Below the pieces are notes generated by a model. It saw only the letters and a list, made by a program, of their open reading frames with translations. It searched no databases and was not told the origin of the DNA. This document shows, one piece after another, positions 11,650-22,960 of a DNA stretch of 64,000 nucleotides. This DNA is from Mobula hypostoma (taxonomy: Eukaryota): NCBI RefSeq assembly GCF_963921235.1, contig NC_086097.1:31126001-31190000 (forward strand). Reading direction: 5' to 3'. Within the stretch, counting starts at the first letter, position 1. Each line of letters starts with the position of its first letter. A program made the translations under genes and the position numbers.

Positions 11650-13357
11650 GAATGAAAGGGTTAACGTATGAGGAGCATTTGATTTCTCTGGGTCTCTGCT
11701 TGCTGGAGTTTAGAAAAATGAGGGGGATCTCATTGAAACCTATCGAATATTGAAAAGCCTAGATAGAGTGGATGCGGAGAGGAGGTTTCTTGCAGTGGGG
11801 TATCTAGGACCAGAGGGACTAGCCTCAAAGTTCAAAATTCAAGCTAAATTTAATATTGAAAAACATATATGTCACCATATTCTCTCCTAAGATTCATTTC
11901 CTTGCAGGCATTCACAGTAAATACAAAGGAACCTAAATGAAAATCTATACACAAATACATCCATGTGCAAAAGGCAACAAGTTGTGCAAATTCAAAGATT
12001 CAAAAAGAGTCAGAGTACCCGAAAGAACCCAATTTAAAAAAAAGTAACACCTAATGCTCAGTGAAAGAGAAAAAATAACACAAATCATACAAATAGAAGC
12101 AGGCAACGGCATTCCAAACCAAACTGAGTCCGTAGTCCCGAATCCCCAGAACACCCAGGGTAGGCCCAAAGCCTCAGTCTCAAGTTCATCATATATAGTG
12201 GGGCAAGCCGCTGTCACATAACTCGCTGACACAAAGTGAGTAGCAATGGGAACAGATTCACAGCATCAGCGCTGCAGAGAGAGGAGTGATTATCACAGGA
12301 GAGTGTGTGAAATCAACCCAACGCTCACCTCTGGTCCTGGCACCTTGCCTTTCCAGTCTATCTGGGCCAGCGTTTAAATCATACAAACACCAGGTCGTGC
12401 CCCGCCAGGCCCCAGCGCAGGGTCTATACTTTGCCACCCAGCCCAAAGCTGTTCTCGACCTCTCCAAATCAGCTCGGCGCTTAGAGCATCCAACCTCACA
12501 CCCAGTTTAAGTGGATGGGCACCAAAACTTCTCCACCTCAACTCCTCTGAATCACTCACTCCAACTCCATCTCCTCTCTGAAACAGCCACAAACACGTTT
12601 CGCCCTGATTTGCAACGCACCAGCACAGCTCATCCCTCGAGTTAGCTTCACCTCTTCTTGCCTCTTCATTGTGTGCGGTGATAGTATTCCACAATTTACC
12701 AAATAAAAAGTGTCATTAATGATGATTTTAGTTGTACTTCTTGTGTTCTGAACTAATAAGCTGTCACACAACTTCAGTAGCGCCATCTTAAACCGGATAT
12801 GTACAACTTTAATTTAAATATAAAAAGAAAAACAAAACAATAATAGATAAGTTGGTAATAATTAATATAATTACAGAAGTTTAAGTGTCCTTGAAATTGA
12901 GTTCATAGGTTGTGGAATCAGCTAAATGTTCAGGTAAGTGAAGTTATCCTTGCCGGTTCAGGAACCTGATGGTTGACGGGCAATAACTGTTCCTCAACCT
13001 GGGGGTGTGGGACCTAAAGCTCCTGTACCTCTCTCCTGACAACAATAGCGAGAGGAGAGCATGGCCTGGTCCTTGATGATGCATGCTGCTTTCCTGTGAC
13101 AGCACTCCTTGTAGATGTACTCAATGGGTTGTCCCTTTAGAACAGAGATGAGGAGGAATGTTTTTATCCAGAGGGTGGTGAATGTGTGGAATTCATTACT
13201 ACAGATGGCTATGGAGACCAAGTCATTGCCTATTTTTATAGCCGAGGTTGATAGAGTCCTGTTCAGTAAGGTTATGGGGAGAAGGCAGGAGAATGGGATT
13301 GAGAAGGAAAATAAATCGGCCATGATGGATCTGACTCAACGGGCTGAATGGGCCACG
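11650..13357 (+). mobile_element. CR1 3' fragment (11650-11828 and 13128-13357) split by a minus-strand Rex-like tail that itself contains an insert of about 0.8 kb
   Basis: CR1 stops at AGCCTCAAAG and resumes at GTTGTCCCTTTAGAACAGAG; the inner segment at about 11991-12797 starts (minus) TCCGGTTTAAGATGGCG and ends TTTGAATCTTTGAAT. Confidence 0.65.
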
Positions 13358-13659
13358 TCTTGTAATCTTAAACCCTGTCTGACCTCAGGAACACAGACAG
13401 CTTTCCTATTCCATCCCGTTTTCAGTATTATTTATTTACTTATTTGCACGTTGACTGCTTGTCAGTCTTTGTATGCAGTTTTTCACAGATTCTATTATAT
13501 TTCTTTGTTTTACTGTGAATTTCTGCAAGAAAATGAATTTCAAGGTGGTATATCATGACATATAAGTACTTTGATAATAAATTTACTTTGAACGTTGCAG
13601 ATCTCTCAGTTAACGGTGGGGTTAAAGCCACTCTTGAGACATTCTACTGCCACGATGGA

Positions 13660-15120
13660 GCATAAAAATTTGCAGCACATTACAGGCCCTTCGGCCCACA
13701 ATGCTATGCCGATCATGTAACCTACTCTAGAAACTGCCTAGTATTTCCCTACTGCATAGCCCTCTAATTTTAAAACTTCAAGTTCCATGTACCTATGTAA
13801 GAGTCTCTTACAAGACCCTACTGGATCCACCTCCACCACCATTGCTGGCAGTGCATTCCATGCACCCACCACTCTCTGTGTGGAAAACTTACCTCTGACA
13901 TCCCTCTTGTATCTACTTCCAAGCACCTTAAACTATGCCCTTGTGTTAGCCATTTCAGCCCTGGAAAAAAGCCTCTAGCCATCCACACGATCAATGCCTC
14001 CCATCATCTTATACACCTCAATCAGGCCACTTCTCATCCTCTGTCATTCCAAAGAGAAAAGGACAAGTTCACTCAACCTCATAAGGCATGCTCTCCAATC
14101 CAGACAGCATCCTTGTAAATCTCCTCTGCACTCTCTGTAGTATCCACATCCTTCCTGTAATGAGGTGACTAGAACTGAACACAGTTAGATCCTACTTGGA
14201 GTACTAAGCTCTTGTATAGCTGTAACGCTACCTCACAGCTCTTGAACTCAATCCCACAGTTGATAAAGGCCAACATACCATATGCCTTCTTAACCTGTGT
14301 GGCAGCTTTGAGTGTCCTGTGGACACAGGCCCCACGATCTCGCTGATCCTCCACACTGCCAAGAGTCTTACCATTATATTCTGTCTTCAAGTTTGACCTA
14401 CTGAAATGAACCACTTCACACTTATCTGGGTCGAACTCCATCTGCCACTTCTCAGCCCAGTTCTGCATCCTATCAATGTCCTGCTGTAACCTCTGACAAC
14501 CCTCCAGGCTAATCCACAACACCTCCAACTTTTGTGTTATCAGCAGACTTACTAGCCCACCCTTCTACTTCCTCATCCAAGTCATTTATAATAATCATAA
14601 AGAAGAGGGGTCCCAGAAAAGATCCCTGTGGAACACCACTGGTCACCGACCTCCATGCAGAATATGAACCACCCACAACCAGCCTTTGCCTTCTGTGGGC
14701 AAGCCATTTTTGGATCCTCAAAGCAAGGTCTCCTTTGATCCCATGCCTCATTACTTTCTAAATGAGTCTCGCATGGAGAACCTTATTAAATGCCTTATTG
14801 AAATCCATTCTCACTACATCCACTGCTCTACCTTTATCAATGTGTTTTGTTACATCCTCAAAGAGTTCAATCAGGTTCATAAGGCATGACTTGTCCTTGA
14901 CAAAGCCATGTTGACTATCCGTAATCAGATTATGTCTCTCTAAATGCTCATAATTCCTGCCTCTCAGGATCTTCTCCAACAACTTGCCCACCACTGAAGT
15001 AAGACTCACTGGTCTATTATTTCCTGGATTATCTCTACTCCCTTTCTTGGACAAGGGAACAATGTTTGTAACCTTCTAAACCTCCAGTACTTCTCCTGTC
15101 CCTATTAATGAAGCAAAGAT
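13660..15120 (-). mobile_element. CR1 LINE RT domain and 3' UTR
   Basis: [33 protein letters not shown] and WAEKWQMEF motifs with stops and frameshifts. Confidence 0.92.
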
Positions 15121-15605
15121 CATGAGGCCACTCTCACAATGGATGAGCAACACCTCCTATTCCATCCGAGTAGCCTCCAACCACTCAGCATGAATATCAA
15201 TTTCTCTAACCTCCAGTAGTTTCTCCACCCTCTTTCTTTTTCTATTTCCCATTTTGGCCTCACCGCCTTTGCCTCTTCTCTTCTCCTCACCTGCCTATCA
15301 TCTCCCTCTGGTTCCCCTCCTACTTCCCTTTCTCCCATAGTCCACTCTCCTCTCCTATCAGATTCCTTCTTCTTCAGCCTTTACCATTTCCAACTATTAC
15401 ATCCCAGCTACTCACTTCATTCATCCCTCAGCTATCACCTCCCAACATGTATTCCTTCCCCTCCCCCATCTTCTTATTCTGGCTTCTTTCCTCTTTCCTT
15501 TCCAGTCCTGATAAAGGGCCTCAGCCCAAAACATAAGACTTTATTTCTTTCCATAGATGCTGCCTGATCTCCTGAGTTCTTCCAGAATTTTATGTTTGTT
15601 ATTCT
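15121..15605 (+). mobile_element. Penelope-like element 3' end (GIY-YIG C-terminus, pyrimidine-rich UTR, decayed hammerhead motif at 15504-15540)
   Basis: Plus frame HEATLTMDEQHLLFHPSSLQPLSMNINFSNLQ* resembles the PLE C-terminal EQHLIFRLGSLQPxGMN motif; followed by AGTCCTGATAAAGGGCCTCAGCCCAAAACATAAGACT. Confidence 0.8.
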
Positions 15606-15714
15606 TGAGACAGAGAACAGGAAGGCTCATCGTGCAAGCAAAATAATAATTGACTTTGAAGCAATTTTTTCTTGCATTGAGGTAAACTGAGCTTAGAAAG
15701 GTGCTGGTCAAAGT

Positions 15715-15900
15715 GGTCTTCTTTTTATGCCTGTAAACCCTACAGAGACATTGGCTGCCAACAGCAGCTCGCCAGAGTCCTCTGTCCTGGGCCAGTCTTT
15801 CAGGTCCAGATGTAGCCCATCTCTACGTCTTCTAAGCGAAGATCCTTCCTTTCCCAGAGGTGAGGTCTTTGGAGTTTCTGTTGGTGTTTCTTGCACTGCA
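15715..15900 (-). mobile_element. RTE-like LINE/SINE 3' end
   Basis: Minus translation LKRLAQDRGLWRAAVG resembles the RTE C-terminal LAQDRxxWR motif; AAG-rich tail. Confidence 0.5.
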
Positions 15901-16477
15901 GCAATGCCGTCCTGTAAGAACCTAGTGTTGGTCAGAGTATATGTCGTTAATTGTTGGAGCGGGTTGTACTGCAGATACTGAACAGAATGAAGCACAGAGC
16001 ACAGAGCCCACTGGGCTCAGCGTATCCAACAGGGAGCCACTGATCCTCTTTACCAAACAGCTGTTCATTCTGTTATTCAGCCATCAGCAACATACAACTG
16101 TCAAACAACTTTAATTAAACTCCTCATTTTACACAGGCATATTGCTTTCACTGAGTAAGGCATTTTAATTGATAATATCAGAACAAAGAGCATAAGCCTT
16201 TTGTTCTTCATCTCAATAATTAAAAAAAAAATACACAGAGTTTAACTGAGTTTTGCTGTGTTTCAAATCTGATCCTGATTCTGAAATCTTCCTGTCTAAA
16301 ATTATCTGGTTTAAATGGTTATCAATCAGCCACCCTCATTTGCTCCAAAGAGAAAAGCCCTAAATCACTCAACCTCTCCTGGATTAGAGAACATGTCTTA
16401 TGAGAATTGGTTGAGTAAACTAGGGCTTTTCTCTTTAGAGAAAAGGAGGATGAAATGTGACTTGATAAAGATCACCT

Positions 16478-17911
16478 AGTCAGTAGCACTGAACTATTGT
16501 CCCATAGCACTTACATCCACTGTGATGAAGTGATTTGAGAGGTTGGTGATGAACTCCTGTCTGAGAAGTAACTTGGATCCACTCCAATTTGCCTACCTTT
16601 ACAACAGGTCCACAGCAGACATCATTTCATTGGTTCTTCACTCAATCCTGGAATTTCTGAGCAGCGAAGGTGCATATATTAGAATACCCTTCATTGACTA
16701 CATCTCAGCATTCAATACTATCAACCCCTCAAAACTAATCAATAAGCTTCAAGTCCTAGGCTAGGATCCTTGATTTCCTCACTTGCAGACCCCAGTTAGT
16801 TCGGATTGGCTACAACATCTTCACAATCTCGATCAGCACAGGTGCACTACAAGGCTGTGTGCTCAGCCCCCCTGCTCTATTCGCTTTATACTTATAACTG
16901 TAAGGCTAAGTACCCCTCCAATGCCATATTTAAATTTGCCAGCAACAGCACTGTCGTTGGCTGAATCAAGGTTGGTGACAAATCAGGAGTGAGATTGAAA
17001 ATCTGTCTGAGTGGAGCCACAACAACAACAACAACCCCTCACTCAATGTCAGCAAGACCAACAAGATGATTATTGATTCAGAAGGAGGAAATCAAATGTC
17101 CACGAGCCAGTCCTCATTGGGGGAATCAGAGGCGGACAGGATTAGCAACTTTAAATTCCTCAGTGTTATCATTTCAGAGGATCTGTCCTGAGCCCAGCAC
17201 GTAAGTACCGTTACGAAAAGAGTAGAGCAGTGCCTCTACTTCCTTAGAAGTTTGTGAAGACCCAGCATGTCATCTAAGACTTTGATAAACTTCTATAGAT
17301 GTGTTGTGGAGAGTATATTGACCGGATGCATCGCAGCCTGGTAAGGAAATACCAATGCTCTTGTATGGAAAAGCCCACAAAAAATAGTTTTTACAGCCCA
17401 GCTCATCACAGGTAAAGCTCTCCGTACCATTGAGCACTTCTATACAAAGCACTGTTGCAAGAAAGCATCATCCATCACTGAGGACCCCTACCACCTAGGT
17501 CATGCTCTCTTCTCACTGCTGCCATCAGGTAGAAGGCACCGGAGCCTGAGGACCCACACTTCTAGGTTGAGAAACAGTTATTACCCCTCAACCATCGGGC
17601 TCTTGAACCAGAGGGGTAACCTCACGTGTCCATCACTGAACTGGACTCACTTTCAAGGAGTCTTCATCTTACGTTCTCGATATTTATTATTATTATTATT
17701 ATCATTATTACTTCTTCTTTTTCTCATTCTTTTTTATTTGCAAAGTTTGTTGTTTATTTTTCCATACTGGTTGTAGATCCTGTTGGGTTGGTCTTTCACC
17801 AATTCTATTGTGTTTTTTGTATTTACTGTGATTGCCAGCAAGAAAATGAACCTCGGGGTAATATATGGTGACATATATGTGCTTTGATAATAAACTTACT
17901 TTGAACTTTGA
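16478..17911 (+). mobile_element. Rex1/Babar LINE RT and tail, inserted in a CR1 fragment (16375-16470, 17912-18260)
   Basis: LDPLQFAYLYNRSTADIISL..IDYISAFNTI motif; tail GATAATAAACTTACTTTGAACTTTGA; CR1 sequence continuous across the insertion. Confidence 0.85.
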
Positions 17912-18831
17912 AGTGTACAAGATGACAAGAGGCATAGATCGAGTGGATAGCAAGAGACTTTTTCCCAGGGCAGAATTGGCTAATGCCAGGGGGCATAATT
18001 TTAAGGTGATTAGAGGAAAGTACGACGGGATGTTAAAGGTAGTATTTTTTTTTGCACAGAGTGGTCGGTGCGTGAAACCTACCAGGGGTAGTGGTAGAGG
18101 CAAATACACTGGTGGTATTTAAGCAACTCTTAGATCAGCACATGGATGATAGAAAAATAGAGGGTTATGTGGGAGGGAAGGGTTAGATTGATTTTTGAGT
18201 AGGTTGAAAGGTCAGCACAACATCATGGGCCGAAAGGCCTGTACTGCGCTAGGTTCTGTTGTTTTTTTTGTCGAACACTTTTGTTTTGTTCCACCAATCG
18301 GCATGTCCCAATGACCCTTCCAAGTTTTACAGAGGCACCACAAGATGTAGCCTACCCAATACATCATAGCTTGGTACGGCAACTGCACTGCCCATGACTG
18401 CATGACATTGCAGAGTTTTGAACACAGGCCAGTCCATTGTGGAAACCAGCCTCTCCTCAAATGACTCTGTCTGCACTTTCCTGGGAAAGCAGCCAACTTA
18501 TTCAAGGACCCTTCCCACCCTGAACATTAGTTCTTCTTCCCCCCACCTCCTGCTGGGCAGAAGATACAAAATAACATATACCACCAGGATCAAGGGCAGC
18601 CTCCCTCATTCAATAAGGTATACTGGGTTATTTTGGTCTTTGACACAAAATACGCATTTCACTGTATGTTTCGATGTACATGTAACAATTACAGCAGTCA
18701 ATTGGCAGGAACAAATCTGTCCACATCCACGCCCATGAAAAGTTACCATATTATTATATTATTAACATACAGTACAGTTACACTATGCACTCACCCGCCT
18801 CCAGGAGGAGAACAGATTGTTGTATACACAC

Positions 18832-18924
18832 CTCTTTTGGCATACGTTGCATACACGCCGCGGTATCTTGGTCGCATGATTTCCAGTTCAGTCTCAATCT
18901 CATCTTGGTAACTTGTTATTTCAC
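18832..18924 (-). CDS. BRF1: BRF1 coding exon (about exon 10), 93 nt
   Basis: tgcag|GT GAA ATA...AAA AGA G|gtgtgt = (G)EITSYQDEIETELEIMRPRYRGVYATYAKR(D), compare human [23 protein letters not shown]; phase 1/1. Confidence 0.92.
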
Positions 18925-18967
18925 CTGCAAAATGTCAACATTTTACTTTAGAAAACAGTCTTATATT

Positions 18968-19505
18968 GCAGTATTATAAAGCTCTGGTTAGGCCACCTCT
19001 GGAGTATTGAATTCAGTTCTGGTTGTGCAGGCTTTGGAGAGGGTGCTGGGGAGGTTCACCAGGATGCTGCCTGGATTAGAGAGCACGTGCTATGAGGTGA
19101 AGTTGGACAAACTTGGGCTGTTTTCTCTGGAGCAGCAGAGACTGAGGGGAGATCTGATGGAGGTTTATAAGATGATGAGGGGCATACACAGAGTAGACAG
19201 TCTTGTTTGCAGAGTTGAAATGTCTAATACGAGAGGTGTGCATTTAAAGTGAGAAGGTGTTAATTCAGAGAAGATATATGGGGAAAGATAATTTATACAA
19301 AGGGTGGCGGATGCTGGAATGCACTGCCAGAGGTGGTGGTGGAGCCAGATATGCTAGGGGCCCTTAGATAAGCACATGGATGTGTAGACAATAGAGCAAT
19401 ATGGATCACGAGCAGGCAGAAGGGACTAGCTTTGTAACACATATTTAATTACCGGCTTAATTCTGCACATCACGGTGGATTGAAGGACCTGTATTGTTCA
19501 ATGTT
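18968..19505 (+). mobile_element. CR1 3' fragment abutting the BRF1 exon-10 acceptor
   Basis: ALERVLGRFTRMLPGLES..RLRGDLMEVYK. Confidence 0.85.
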
Positions 19506-19604
19506 TACAAACTTCTCCTAATTGCTGAAGAACGGTAAAATTCAACTTAGAAGGGTAGGGCAGGCAAATAGAGGGAGAAGAAGGAAAAAAGACCAGAGAA
19601 CGGT

Positions 19605-19610
19605 GGGTGT

Positions 19611-19672
<62 letters not shown>

Positions 19673-19682
19673 AAGAAAGAGA
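19605..19682. repeat. (GT)n(GA)n microsatellite
   Basis: Direct reading. Confidence 0.95.
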
Positions 19683-19702
19683 ACAGAGAAGAGTTCAGTT
19701 AC

Positions 19703-19742
19703 CTTCAATATCTGCCAGTTTTTTGGATAGTTCTTGCTCCAA
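19703..19742 (-). CDS. BRF1: BRF1 short coding exon (about exon 9), 40 nt
   Basis: ttcag|TTG GAG CAA GAA CTA TCC AAA AAA CTG GCA GAT ATT GAA G|gtaac = LEQELSKKLADIE(G), compare human LEQVLSKKLEEVEG; phase 0/1. Confidence 0.93.
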
Positions 19743-20852
19743 CTGAAATGGAATTTAAAAATAAATTTACTTTTTATATAATCAACATTTTTTGCAAAGA
19801 CTTTTTATCAATATGCAAGCTAACAGTCATGGAGCAAATTTGAGGGGTCCTTTCATAAAGGTAAATGGCTTTTGGGTGATCACAGCTTGAAACCACTACC
19901 AAGGGCAAATGAATCAGGAATTGGAGGGTACAAATTTAACCAAAGGAAGAGGGCAGATGGAGAGTAGATTCTGACCTAGGATGTGTTGCTTTAACAGGGA
20001 AGGAAGCAGACTCTATTGTAAATTGCATCAGTGAAGCTGACACACAAGTAAAACAGAAAAAGCATATGCCCAGAGCAATGGCAAGGGTACAGAGAACTGG
20101 GTGATCTTGATGGCCAATACACAGTCCTAGCAGAGGTGGAATCAATGACCTGCCTTCCTGCTGTAGAGGGACAGGGCTTCCTGTCAGGCTCTCTGCTTAA
20201 TGATACTCGTGGGAAAGTCTGTCATTGATGAAAAGTGGGAAGGAAGGAAGACCTGGGCTGCTGCCCCTAGCAGATGACCAGACGAGGCACAAGCTATGGC
20301 TCAGGCCAAGAGCTTTGCTACCTGGGGAAACCATACTCAAGCCTGAGCTCTTAGCTTTGAGAAACTTCATAATGTTTGAAGAAAAGGCTACAGCGAGCTG
20401 TCGGTCTCCCTCTCGTCTTTTGCAGGAGCAATATCCTTTTCTTCCTTGCTAGTGAGAGAGAGTGCTTGTTTGAGATGTCTTAGTGTTGGGGTGGACAGTA
20501 GCTTTTGATAGACTCTAGATGGTCTCTGGGGGGGCTTGCTATTGCTTGCATGGTGGGTGGTGGGGGGATTGATGCTTTTGCTGGAGCAAGTGGGATGAAG
20601 GCTGAGTGGGGAGGCTTTGGGGTTCTAATGTTTTCCGTCATTCATTCTTTGGGTTTTTTAATGTCTCGTGGATATCTGCAAAGAGTAAGAATTTCAAGCT
20701 ATGTACCGTACACATTCTCTGATATTAAATTGAACCTCTGAACCATTGAAATATGTTGGATTAAAGTGAAAATTGTTATTTTTCTTGTAGTTTAACTTTT
20801 CCTATGATTGCTTGTATTTTTATATAATCATAACATACATGTAATTTTTCAG

Positions 20853-21057
20853 CAACACTCAAAACACACTGGAGGAACTCAGCAGGTCAGGCAGCATCCA
20901 TGGAAACGATCAGTCAACGTTTCGGGCCGGAACCCTTCGTCAGGATCCTGATGCCCGAAACGTTGACTGTTCATTTCCACGGATGCTGCCCGACCTGCTG
21001 AGTTCCTCCAGCATGTTGTGAGTGTTGCTCTGACCCCAGCATCTGCAGAGTATTTTG
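20853..21057. mobile_element. Fold-back Penelope-derived insertion with hammerhead core, 13-bp TSD
   Basis: Imperfect inverted arms of about 75 bp; TSD TGTAATTTTTCAG at 20840-20852 and 21058-21070; minus strand CTGACGA-AGGGTTCCGGCCC-GAAACGTT-GACTG. Confidence 0.85.
20911..20947 (-). ncRNA. Minimal hammerhead-like motif (core and stem II intact, stem I disrupted by the fold-back junction)
   Basis: GATC CTGACGA A GGGTTCCGGCCC GAAA CGTT GACTG. Confidence 0.55.
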
Positions 21058-21825
21058 TGTAATTTTTCAGTTGGTTTTCTAGAAGCTGCTTCTGTATTTT
21101 TCTAGAAGTTTCTTCATTTTCCTGCCACGGGGTCATGGCATTGAATTTGGCGATGTCATAGGTTAATTGTTATCACTGAAATGTCTTGTTTTTTGTCTAG
21201 TCTGAGCTAGTTTCTATGTTGGGACAATCATGACTGCTTTGTTTTTTTTTGTTTTTTCTTTGTTTTGTTTTCTTACAAATTGCCCCATGACAGTGTGGAT
21301 TTCCTCTGGGTGTTCCAGTTTCCTCCCACATTCCAAAGATGTATGGGTTAGGGTTAGTATGTTGTGGGTATGCTGTGTTAGCACGGGAAGTATGGTGACA
21401 CTTGTGGGCTGCCCCTGGCATAACCCTGGATCTTTCATTCTTCTAAAACCAGGAGAACTCAGGCCCCAATGGCTTAACCCTTCCTCTTCAGATGATTGCC
21501 CCATTCCCTCCATTCTCACACCACCACTCTGAAGTCAATCTTAGTATTATTTCCTCTGCTTGTGGATAACTTCATAGAACGTAGAACATTACAGCTCAGT
21601 CCAGGCCCTTCGGCCCATGATGCTGTGCCATCCTTTTAACCTGCTGATATGCCCCATGCCTCTTCTGTACTAGTTTCCCATACATAGCCCCAGTTTCCAC
21701 AATTAAGCAGGTTCTGGATTAGCGTATTCCTTTTAAAAAAGGCCAAATCTAACACTCACCGCATAATCAGGTGAAGAGAGATAAAAAACAGAAGGGTAAT
21801 GATATGACAGGAATGGTTTCAGTAA

Positions 21826-21986
21826 AGAATCTCTTACTAGCTCTTCTTTCAGTTAGTCCTGACGAAACGTCTCGGCCCGAAACGTCGACTGTACCTCTTC
21901 CTAGAGATGCTGCCTGGCCTGCTGCGTTCACCAGCAACTTTGATGTGTGTTGCTTGAAATTCCAGCATCTGCAGATTTCCTCGTGT
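21826..21986 (+). mobile_element. Penelope-derived short insertion, 13-bp TSD
   Basis: TSD ATGGTTTCAGTAA at 21813-21825 and 21987-21999; ends CAGCATCTGCAGATTTCCTCGTGT like the other copies. Confidence 0.85.
21855..21890 (+). ncRNA. Minimal type I hammerhead-ribozyme-like motif (stem II mutated in this copy)
   Basis: AGTC CTGACGA AACGTCTCGGCCC GAAA CGTC GACT: stem I AGTC/GACT, core CUGANGA and GAAA, GUC triplet, palindromic ACGT in place of helix III. Confidence 0.6.
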
Positions 21987-22298
21987 ATGGTTTCAGTAAG
22001 ATGGTTAAGAAGCATGTGGGACATTTTCTGTATTTCCAAGCTACAGAAATACGGAATACAGAATTTTGGCTTCTTTCCCCTTCCTTTCCAGAACTGATGT
22101 AGGGTCTTGGGACTCAAAACATTGACAGTTTATTCCCCTCCACTGATGCTACATGACCTACTGAGTTGCTCCAGCATTTTGGTACGTTGTTACAGATTTC
22201 TAGCATCTGCTGAATCTCTTGTGTTTATAAAGCAGAAAGGTTATGCTAGAATTGTGTACAATACATGTTTTAAGTCTTCCTGTTATGTTTAGACTTAC

Positions 22299-22425
22299 CT
22301 GCTGCAGTCTAACCTTCCTCTTTCCGGCTGTGAATGAAGGTGGGTCACACTCCTGCTCTAGGTCAATCTTCATAAACTCATCAATTGTTAACTGACTCGT
22401 TGGCGTCTCCTCAAACTCATTCAGC
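22299..22425 (-). CDS. BRF1: BRF1 coding exon (about exon 8), 127 nt
   Basis: tctag|G CTG AAT...CAG CAG|gtaagt encodes (R)[42 protein letters not shown]; phase 2/0. Confidence 0.97.
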
Positions 22426-22669
22426 CTAGAATAGAGGTCAAAGAAGGCCAACTACTTAATGGAAGGGATTCACAACTGAAAACATCATATAAAAATGTAC
22501 ATTCTTCAAGGAAAGTGAATTATTGGGACATCTCAATTCACACAATCATGGAGTTTCCCCAAAAGAACCCTACTTAATCACACAAATGACCACCCGAAAC
22601 TCCATGCCACTGCAGTAGTAAGGCTAACCTGCTCAGTTAGTCTACTAAATGAGATGAAAGTGAAGAGGT

Positions 22670-22960
22670 TATGTGCCGTAATGCTTTACAGCACCACTGA
22701 TCACAGTTTAATTCCCACTGCTGTCTGTAAGGAGTTTGTACGTTCAGCTCCTTCTGGGTGCTCCGGTTTCTTCCTGCATCCCAAAGAAGTACAGGTGAGT
22801 AAGGGATAGTAATTTGAGGGCATGCTATGTTGCTGCTGGAAGCATTGAAACCCCTGTGGGCTGCCCCCAGTACATCCTGAGAATGTGTTAGCTGTGGATG
22901 CAAACAATGCATTTCACTGTATACTTCAAAGTAAATCTGACAAATAATGCTAATCTTTAT
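22670..22960 (+). mobile_element. V-domain tRNA-SINE
   Basis: GGGTGCTCCGGTTTCTTCCTGCATCCCAAAGA core. Related copies at about 7330-7440(-), 9100-9305(-), 21285-21420, 28270-28450(-), 39795-40020, 41210-41525(-) and 45110-45320. Confidence 0.75.
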
